A DNA stretch of 24,511 nucleotides, taken from the IMG/VR virus record IMGVR_UViG_3300009442_000037, positions 1 to 24,511 of that record; one strand, given 5' to 3'. The translations under genes were made by a program, and so were the position numbers. The notes beneath the pieces are model-generated. The model had not been told where the DNA came from and did not search any database. It saw only the letters and a program-made list of their open reading frames with translations. This document shows, piece by piece, positions 5,201-12,192 of this stretch. How positions within the stretch are numbered: position 1 is the stretch's first letter; each line of letters starts with the position of its first letter. The DNA is from a virus. Taxonomy: Duplodnaviria > Caudoviricetes.

Positions 5201-8200
5201 GCTGGTAGGTCTTTAGACGAGCTTACATTTTCTATGTTGTCCTTTAGCTTTTTATAATCGCCGGGTTTGCCTGTGTCTTTCTTAATATCCGCCCCGTCTA
5301 AAACACGATAGTGAATCCCAAATATCTCGGAGCCAATAGCGTTTACAATATCTAAACCCAGTGCTTTAGCTAATGTTAACACATCCTTGGCATAGGCATC
5401 TTTACGTTCTTTTGTTGATTCTTTACTCAGCGCTTTTTTAGTGTTAACTTTTACGCTTTTAGGTATAATGTTTGACTTTTGAACTAACTGCTGGAATGCT
5501 AATAATTTTTCATCTAATATTAACCCCGACTCATTAGCTTCTAGGAGCCATTGCCCAACACCTTCTATGTCTTTAAACTCTTCTTTATACGGCTCCATTA
5601 AGGTGCCATTGTCGTTAACCACAGCGTCAAAGCCTTCTTTTTGTACAATCTTCCAAAGCTCTCTTGCGCGCTTGACGTCGTTTTTGTTAGTTAGGTCAAA
5701 AGACTTCGAAAACTTAACATTACCACGCTCAATATCCCTCTGTGTTTCGGCTATATAGTTTTCCCTGAGCTCAACCCCTAGCAAGTCTTGGCGCATTTCA
5801 AACGCCTGGCGAATTTCACTATTAGGGTCTTGCAAAGCCTCGTTAACAATATCAAAAGAAATTTCTTCCGCTATTGCTTTAGCTAAAGACTCTTTGCGGC
5901 CTCGTATAGGTGCTCCAGACGCATCTAAAATGTTAGACAAGTAATCAGCATCAGATAATCTAGTTGACGCGTTAGGTAGTCTTCTAACAAGCTCTGCGCC
6001 TGATGTGCGCCCAGCGCTATCCGTTGAAACGGATTCTCTATCAATTTTCTTACCCTTCCAATCACTTGTCCATACACCGTTAACTTTTTTCTGGATAGCG
6101 TTAGGCATAGCCGTCATCAAGTACGTGGTAGTCATGTTCTGCAAAATAGCAGCTTTGTTACGCAAAAGGAATTTACGAAGTTCACCGTCTTTCTTGCCGC
6201 CCATCGCTTTCTTTAAGTCGATGTCAGCTTGTTTACCCATAGCTTTACGAAGCTCGGCAATATAGGGCTTAACAGTAACGTTTTTAGATACGGACTCATC
6301 CATACGCGTTTTCATAACACGCACGGTTGATTTAACTTTTTCTTTAATTGAATTTACAACTTCGCTGTCTAAAACTTTGCGTTCTAGCAAGGTTTTGTAT
6401 TGTGGCTTATCCTCTTTAACAGCCGCTTCTTCCTGTACCGCCATTCCTTTAGCAGTATCGATGTCTTTCTTAATACCACCAGTCGCAGCTGACTCAATAC
6501 CTAATCTAGAAGCTAGGTTGTTTGATCTTAAGAACGCTCTGTTAACAAGAAACTTTTCAATGTCTTGCTTGCCTTCTTTAAATTCTTCAAAAGCTAAAGC
6601 TTCAATCTCAGTTCTTAAAGAGTTTTGGAAATCTTCGCGAGACACGTTATTGCGTTGCTCTGGTGCAATCGGATCGTACAATGCTTTAGTACGATTAGTA
6701 ACGATTTTGCCAATAAGAGGGCTTAGTTGTTCTCTAATTTTTGCTTCAAGACGTTGTTGTACGGCATCAGCCTGAACTTCAACGCCGAACTTTTCCGCTA
6801 CTTTTTTAGCCTCCTCAATTCTTCCAGCACGCCTAGACAGCATGTCTATTACACCAGCGTCTTGCTCAGGCGTAAGCGTTCTTGATTCTTTTGCAGTTGG
6901 CGCTTCTTCATCAGAGCGATCACCAACGGTTTTGTCCTTAATGTTTAAAGCAGGGCCTTTGCCACCGAAGTGCGCTTGTTTGTTAAAGCCCCTAATAAAC
7001 TGGTAAGTAGCTTCATCGCTTTTAAGTTGCATTGAAGCGGGCAACCAACTGTTAACAAAAGAACGTGCTTGTAACAAAAAGTTTTTATCGACCGCTTGGC
7101 CATCTGCAATAATATCAGACATAGCGTTCATCGCCTCTTCATAATAATCCGCGTCTTTCGTTACTTCTCCTTCTGCACTTGTTTCAGTGTAGCTTTGGTC
7201 TATTCTAAATTTAACTTTAGCGTATAAGTCAGGTTGGTTTTTTTCTAAATAACCAAGAAGCTCCTCACCTGCTTTAGTAACGTCAGTGGTGTTAAATTTT
7301 TGGCGAGCTATTGAGTGAAGAAGCTCGTGAGCATAAACCCCTATCCTTTTGTTTTTAATGGACATAGGTTTGTTAATAAGTATAATATCCGGCTCTCCGT
7401 TTTTACCGGGTATATTTACAGCCTCTACTTCTAGTTTAGGGCCTTCTTTAGATTCTTCAGATTCTTCTACTACTTCAGCAGCTTTTTCTTTACTGTACCC
7501 TAAATCTAATAGCCTTTGCTCAAAAGCCGCCGAGGCGTTATCTCCTTCAAATGTTTCAATGCGTACGTTTATATTGTTAGCCTTAGCGTAATCTTCAACG
7601 TTTTTTGCGCCGCTTTCTATTTTTTCAGCGTACTTTAAATTTTGAAAGTTATCCTTCGCGCGGTCTTCAATAGCTTCTGCTGTTATAGCTTTGCCTGGAC
7701 CAGCTTCTTTTTCTAATTCAATTTTTGCGGCATTAAACATTTCTGTTTTTTTACCACCACGCATTTTATTCCATTCTTCCGCTATACCAAATATGCTTTC
7801 ATTAAGCATACGGTTTTCGTACAGATTATAACCAGACTGTGCATCAAATACAACCTTGTTACCGCTTGACGCCTTTAAATTTTCTGCGCTTAACTGCTCG
7901 TTGGTTAATATATTTTCTCGTTGCTCCGCTAATTTATCGAACTTAGCTCTGTACTCTGTTTCTATAGCCTTTAATTGGGCTGCGCCTAAATCGGTGTTCG
8001 ACGCGAGCTTTACAAAGTCAGCATTAACTTTGCGCATCTGACGGTTTATATCACCTACCGCTTTAGCGTCTTCTAATGTTAAATCCACCCCTAAACGAGC
8101 AATAACATTGTTTTTTATATCGTTAGCTTCTCCCGTAAGCTCTTCGACTAGGGCTTGCACTTCTTGAGTTTGCTGTGGCAAAGGAACCCCATCGCCGGCA

Positions 8201-10263
8201 TTTGTAAGACCTTTAACGCCAGTTAAAGACTCTAGTTTAGCTATTATTTCCTTTAGCCTAGCGCTTTCTTTACTTGTAGCTAGCTCGCTGAAGTAGGCTT
8301 CTTTAATAGCCCCAAGATTACCACCTACAGACATACCACCGCCCATTAAGGCGCCTTGTGCAAAAGTTTCTAAACCTTCTTCAAAAAGCTTTTCGTCAGT
8401 AATAGCTTCAAAAAAGTTTTTGTCTTCATCTAATATATAAATATCAGCAAAGTTTTGGAAAGTATTTGTAGCCCACTCGGATCCACCTTCAACTCTAATG
8501 CCTTTAACAACGTCTTTACCTAGCTTAATAGCCGACTGCTTAACTGTTTCGGGTGGTAAAAGTTTTGCGCCTTGTTTTAGGCTTTTAAGTAAAAACAAAG
8601 TACCTGTTTTTTCAAACGCAACTTCTGATAAACCGTTCCAAACCTGCGCCGTAATCTTACGCCATTCTGGTATGTTTAACGTTTTAGAGTCTTGTTGCAT
8701 TTGCTCTTCAATAGCAGAACGCTCAAGAGCATCCATATTTGGATTACCGTCCAGGAGCTCACGGTTACTAAGCATGCGCTTTGCCGCGTCTCTTTCAGCA
8801 ATTGCTGTCTCCACACCCGTGCTACCCGCACCTGTTGCAAAAAACAAGGGCAGTGCTGCTGGCCCTGTAAACGCCATAGCAAAAGAAGGAATAAGACTAG
8901 TGCCAGACGACATTAGCCACATACCCGCTTCTTGTAGGCTACTTATTTCATCAACCTTTACAGACCTTTGAAACTTTTGTTGTTCTTCTTTTATGCCAGC
9001 TGCCATTTGAAATGCAGCCTCTTTGTATTTCGGGTCGTCTCCTAATAACTGGCCTAACTGAGCGGTAAGGTAATTAGCGTCTGCAGCCAAGCCTTTAAAG
9101 TTGCTAGTCAACTGCTGTAGTCTATTGTAATTAGCGCCAAAATCTTTAATAGCCAAAGGTAATCCTTGGCTATCTTTCGCCAGCTCCCTGCCTTCTAATA
9201 ATGTTTGTTGTAAATTTTCAAAATCAGCAAGCGCAACTAACCTAGTTTCTTCGGTTGGGTTTGATTCAAAAGCATTGTAAGATTCTTCGTAGGCTTTTGA
9301 TTGGCTTTCGTATTTTTCATTTAAAGCACCAACGCGTTCTTCCGCTATAGCTTTTTCATTAGCTGCTATAGCTTCTAGGTCCAACCTAGTCTGGCGGTCA
9401 AGATTGTTTGCAAACTTTAATGACTGCTTTGAAGTGTAACCTTCATTGCGGGCTTTTTCCCATGCCGTTAACTGCTCTTTATTAGGCGGCGCTATGTAGC
9501 TGCCCGCTAAGTATTTTTTATATTGCTCTTCTTCTTCAACGCTTTCAAAGTCGCCGTTCTCAAAAGAAACATCAAAACCTTTGTTATCTCGGAAGCGTCT
9601 AATATTGCTGAACTTTTCTTCACGTTCTTTTTCGTAAAGATTTAAAGCCTGTTGCTCAGAAAGAGGCTCAGGGGTTGTGGCTGCTTTGTATTCATCGTAC
9701 TTAGCACCTGATCTTTCCTGAGCTTCTGTAAGGTAGTTATCGTTTTTTAACTCCTCTATTTTAAGGTTTATTTCCGCGGCTTTTTCACTAAGCTCTTCTT
9801 CCGAAAGCTCTGGTCCAAACTCAACACCGGTACGAACTGTTTGTATAGCGCCGTAAGGCGAGTAGTTTCTTTTTTCGTCGCGTTTTCTTATGTTAACAGC
9901 GTCCCAAGAATACATGCCGGTTCCTTCTGTAACGTAAAGTCCCAAGCCGGAAAGCTTCTCGTTAAGCATTTTAGAAACCTTTTCTTCGCTTCCCTTTAAA
10001 TCTTCGGCTGTTACGTATTCGTTAATTTTAGGCGCGCTAGCTACGGGTGACTCCAATAAAGTAATGCCCAATCTGGATTCCCCAGCGGGCGTTGGCATTC
10101 CTGGTCCCGTCGGTGGAGTTGTTTCCTTCGGAACCGTTGTCTTTCCCTCGTTTACTAAGCTAAAGCCGTTTTGCTCTAACCAGCCGTCAAGGCTTAATTC
10201 TTTTCTTTTTGCAGCTGCTTGCGCCTGTTCTAAAGAAATAATTCTCCCGTCTTTTTGGTACAT
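2275..10263 (-). CDS. Giant internal virion/ejection protein (2662 aa), polyvalent-protein-like, with a zincin metallopeptidase motif and hydrophobic segments
   Basis: It is the third and largest gene after the tail-nozzle gene, the T7 gp16 / crAss giant-protein position. Composition is helical and charged. HELLH is at aa 979-983 with EE at aa 1042-1043. Hydrophobic stretches lie near nt 8800-8925 and 3000-3070, and there are three KFSK motifs. Confidence 0.7.
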   Translation of the reverse strand: MYQKDGRIISLEQAQAAAKRKELSLDGWLEQNGFSLVNEGKTTVPKETTPPTGPGMPTPAGESRLGITLLESPVASAPKINEYVTAEDLKGSEEKVSKMLNEKLSGLGLYVTEGTGMYSWDAVNIRKRDEKRNYSPYGAIQTVRTGVEFGPELSEEELSEKAAEINLKIEELKNDNYLTEAQERSGAKYDEYKAATTPEPLSEQQALNLYEKEREEKFSNIRRFRDNKGFDVSFENGDFESVEEEEQYKKYLAGSYIAPPNKEQLTAWEKARNEGYTSKQSLKFANNLDRQTRLDLEAIAANEKAIAEERVGALNEKYESQSKAYEESYNAFESNPTEETRLVALADFENLQQTLLEGRELAKDSQGLPLAIKDFGANYNRLQQLTSNFKGLAADANYLTAQLGQLLGDDPKYKEAAFQMAAGIKEEQQKFQRSVKVDEISSLQEAGMWLMSSGTSLIPSFAMAFTGPAALPLFFATGAGSTGVETAIAERDAAKRMLSNRELLDGNPNMDALERSAIEEQMQQDSKTLNIPEWRKITAQVWNGLSEVAFEKTGTLFLLKSLKQGAKLLPPETVKQSAIKLGKDVVKGIRVEGGSEWATNTFQNFADIYILDEDKNFFEAITDEKLFEEGLETFAQGALMGGGMSVGGNLGAIKEAYFSELATSKESARLKEIIAKLESLTGVKGLTNAGDGVPLPQQTQEVQALVEELTGEANDIKNNVIARLGVDLTLEDAKAVGDINRQMRKVNADFVKLASNTDLGAAQLKAIETEYRAKFDKLAEQRENILTNEQLSAENLKASSGNKVVFDAQSGYNLYENRMLNESIFGIAEEWNKMRGGKKTEMFNAAKIELEKEAGPGKAITAEAIEDRAKDNFQNLKYAEKIESGAKNVEDYAKANNINVRIETFEGDNASAAFEQRLLDLGYSKEKAAEVVEESEESKEGPKLEVEAVNIPGKNGEPDIILINKPMSIKNKRIGVYAHELLHSIARQKFNTTDVTKAGEELLGYLEKNQPDLYAKVKFRIDQSYTETSAEGEVTKDADYYEEAMNAMSDIIADGQAVDKNFLLQARSFVNSWLPASMQLKSDEATYQFIRGFNKQAHFGGKGPALNIKDKTVGDRSDEEAPTAKESRTLTPEQDAGVIDMLSRRAGRIEEAKKVAEKFGVEVQADAVQQRLEAKIREQLSPLIGKIVTNRTKALYDPIAPEQRNNVSREDFQNSLRTEIEALAFEEFKEGKQDIEKFLVNRAFLRSNNLASRLGIESAATGGIKKDIDTAKGMAVQEEAAVKEDKPQYKTLLERKVLDSEVVNSIKEKVKSTVRVMKTRMDESVSKNVTVKPYIAELRKAMGKQADIDLKKAMGGKKDGELRKFLLRNKAAILQNMTTTYLMTAMPNAIQKKVNGVWTSDWKGKKIDRESVSTDSAGRTSGAELVRRLPNASTRLSDADYLSNILDASGAPIRGRKESLAKAIAEEISFDIVNEALQDPNSEIRQAFEMRQDLLGVELRENYIAETQRDIERGNVKFSKSFDLTNKNDVKRARELWKIVQKEGFDAVVNDNGTLMEPYKEEFKDIEGVGQWLLEANESGLILDEKLLAFQQLVQKSNIIPKSVKVNTKKALSKESTKERKDAYAKDVLTLAKALGLDIVNAIGSEIFGIHYRVLDGADIKKDTGKPGDYKKLKDNIENVSSSKDLPAGLIPENIRIFNSSLGIMGKIFRNILNKEMPVKEKLSKLAEYSGEIAAASEANKLAYQHIIETIRSLYKEGKIRPETIVELMQIQTNLKAGFRGLTSLTYATVTKEPIGHPKGEHLADNATTSFNILELIFDEKLSDSEFSSKLNEELRFHDQWMENKDALDAVDFFGKNNPYKDKRILLLGQRSDSVYTIDGVPAKEMIDKRSAAIESSIKFSKAINQEALNKAKENIKEIEATKFSKSPKAEELSKEFNNILERKTGVESFKTFSKVQAQMRGAGKGKFKFFVAPNVEDFRGLVNYAFAGKGKQGEADMKWLEDNLMTPYAKGVAAIDGIRQQIKRDFRTAVKAFPQQYRLLNKEIDKSGFTYDQALRAYLWKKAGIKVPGLSQKDAKILDDAIKAFPELIEFGEAMLVVARRDQWMEPGDYWQAGTLLSDLNSMTEKVGRKKYLEEFIANADAIFTEDNLNKIEALYGKPHREAIEDALYSMKNGTNRNAGNNKQVNAWLNWINGSTGAIMFFNRRSALLQMLSFTNFINWSDNNILKAGAAFANQKQYWADWAMIFNSDKLKERRGGLKQDVSSDEIASVANASKNSPQAILAKLLQLGFTPTQIADSMAIATGGATFYRNRVNKYVKEGKTVKQAEEQAFIDFAKKSDEAQQSSDPSMVSQVQRSTLGRLVFAFQNTPLQYTRLMKKAALDLANGRGDWKENVSKIAYYGAIQNFIFSALQSALFAMLPGFDDDEDETLSDAELEKKNAKEEQKIARVLNSMLDTLLKGSGVYGAVFSTVKNLIKEYEKQEEKGFMADHTYTILAALGISPPIGSKARKLYSAIQTKKFDRDEIEERGWGITADGRLNLGPNWSILGNVLSAAVNVPLDRVVDELTSVSEAFDTRNKMWQRIALALGWKTWDVGAIEENAEAIKAAAKKERKEAGTKKAKETRARKSREKQEAYDKLTPLEKAKLKRAKAEEKRRKKMNK

Positions 10264-10275
10264 ATTATATTATAT

Positions 10276-11421
10276 TTATATTCCTAAAATAGCAAAAGCC
10301 TGCTCTTTTGTTTTTACTATTAATTCTTTTTGGCCGCTCCCGTCGAGTTTAGGTAAGCCTGTTTTTTCGTCAATAATCTTCCATTCGTTTCCGCTCTTTT
10401 CAAACCCATAGCCATCAATTGCAAAATAAGGAACACTTTCTTTAAAATATCCGCTGACAAGATTCCTGTTGCTAGCGGCATTTTTTTGGGCGGTAGTTCT
10501 AGTATCAGTTTGGGGAGTAGCGGTACGTGCATCGTAAGCCGCTTTACCTTCTAATGCCGCATCTTGAAAACCTGTTAATATAATGTTTTTAGTGCGTGCT
10601 ATTAAATCCGATAGCTTCTCTTCTAGCGTTCCGTTTTCACGCGCTTCTAAAAATTCTTTTTGTATTTCAGGGAACGGTAATTCTGTTTGATAATCAAACA
10701 ATACCGACGCAAGTGTTGTTGAATCTTTTAATGATTCGTCTAAATAAATAGACTGCGCGTTAATCTCTTGCTCTGTTAATGCTCTATTGTAGCCGCTAAA
10801 CGTAGCGGCATTTTCAACAATCTTAACGGGTATTTCACTAGGCATTGCTAGTGCTTGCACTTTATCGTAGCGAACTAATTCGCCATCAACGTTGAAATTT
10901 AAATGGCCGTTTTGTATAGATACAGGGGACATACCGGTTTCTGATAAACCGTATATATTTTTGTGCACTATTAAATCTTTATTTGCAACACCTTTAGAAT
11001 AAGCATTAGCGTCAAAGTTAGAGGCTGTGTTTATTTTTTCCTGATTGTAAGAACTTAGCTCACCAGCTAAAGTGGTAAACTCACGCTGGATTTCATTCAT
11101 TCTATCAACAGCGTTCTGGTACTCCTCAGACGAAGGGTCTTTTATCCTGGCTACTTTATTTGCTAATTCGTTAAACTCGTTTTTACCTTGCGTTAAAAAG
11201 CTTCTTGTGGCTTTTTCCATTTCCGGTGATAACGATGTAAAATCTATATCCGTCTTTAGACTACGCATGTAAGTGGCAACTTCGTTTTGAATGCCTGCTT
11301 TTTCTTTTTCGTAAGCCTCTACACCTGCACTGAAGGTTTTCATAAATTCTCCGGCTACATCTGTAGGTATCTGCGACTGTGCTAGTTTAGCAGAAGCTGC
11401 TAATATTCCTTTATCTGCCAT
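10276..11421 (-). CDS. Putative internal virion/ejection protein (381 aa)
   Basis: Long helical-looking ORF between the pilot-like protein and the giant protein, with a TAATG overlap at 11419-11423. Confidence 0.55.
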   Translation of the reverse strand: MADKGILAASAKLAQSQIPTDVAGEFMKTFSAGVEAYEKEKAGIQNEVATYMRSLKTDIDFTSLSPEMEKATRSFLTQGKNEFNELANKVARIKDPSSEEYQNAVDRMNEIQREFTTLAGELSSYNQEKINTASNFDANAYSKGVANKDLIVHKNIYGLSETGMSPVSIQNGHLNFNVDGELVRYDKVQALAMPSEIPVKIVENAATFSGYNRALTEQEINAQSIYLDESLKDSTTLASVLFDYQTELPFPEIQKEFLEARENGTLEEKLSDLIARTKNIILTGFQDAALEGKAAYDARTATPQTDTRTTAQKNAASNRNLVSGYFKESVPYFAIDGYGFEKSGNEWKIIDEKTGLPKLDGSGQKELIVKTKEQAFAILGI

Positions 11422-12161
11422 TATGGGTACGTGTAAGAAGGTGTATAATCACCTTGTTCTAGTAGCGGATCACCAACGTTTGGATCGTAAACCGGCGTTA
11501 CTGGCTCTGTAATACCGCGAGTTAAATCAGCAAGTGGCTTACCCATATCGGTGCCGCTACCGCTTTTATAGTCCTGATACATTCCAACCCCGCCGGCTAG
11601 TAAGTTACCAGCACCACCCGCTATCTGCGCCGATGCTTGCTGCCTAGCTATGTTCGCCGCTGCTAGCTGGTTCATGGACATGCCTAATTCCGTGCCTATT
11701 ATATTGCTTTTAAGTGCACGCGCTTGTTCTGCACCTCTGCGCTCCATACTTTGCAAACTCATAGCGCCTTGAGCAGCCATACCTTGATTACGTGCTTCTT
11801 GTTGGCCTATACTCGCTGAGGCTGCTTGTATGTTTCTTGATTGTTGATTCGCAAGTGATTGCGTAAACGCTGCAATACCGGAAGCTCCAGCGGCACCGCG
11901 CATTGAGCCCATAATATCCGCTAAGCCCTGTTGCTGTTGCTGCGTTTGAAATTGAGCTTGCTGTTGGTTAACCGTTAAATCCTCGTATGGATTTTCCAAA
12001 TTACGATATAAGTTGCTAGTGTCTTGTGTTCTGTATTGCTGCAAAGCTTTGTCATAATCGCCTTGCGCTTCACGCTTCATTTTGTTTGCTTGAAAAGCGT
12101 TGTAAGCACCAAGACCCAGCTGCGACAATCCTTGTACCGCGAAAATTAATGGTAGTGCCAT
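11421..12161 (-). CDS. Putative DNA pilot/ejection protein (246 aa)
   Basis: Hydrophobic Gly-rich N-terminus (ALPLIFAVQGLSQLGLGAY), a Gln/Ala-rich coiled-coil core and a C-terminal glycine-zipper-like segment (IAGGAGNLLAGGVG), as in podophage ejection proteins. Confidence 0.62.
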   Translation of the reverse strand: MALPLIFAVQGLSQLGLGAYNAFQANKMKREAQGDYDKALQQYRTQDTSNLYRNLENPYEDLTVNQQQAQFQTQQQQQGLADIMGSMRGAAGASGIAAFTQSLANQQSRNIQAASASIGQQEARNQGMAAQGAMSLQSMERRGAEQARALKSNIIGTELGMSMNQLAAANIARQQASAQIAGGAGNLLAGGVGMYQDYKSGSGTDMGKPLADLTRGITEPVTPVYDPNVGDPLLEQGDYTPSYTYP

Positions 12162-12173
12162 ATTTAATTAGTT

Positions 12174-12189
12174 TATAAGTTATTATTAC
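12174..12189 (-). promoter_or_regulatory. Candidate phage late-promoter motif GTAAT(A/T)ATA upstream of the ejection-protein module
   Basis: The minus strand reads GTAATAATAACTTATA in the 31-nt intergenic gap. The same core occurs upstream of the scaffold gene. Confidence 0.4.
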
Positions 12190-12192
12190 GTA

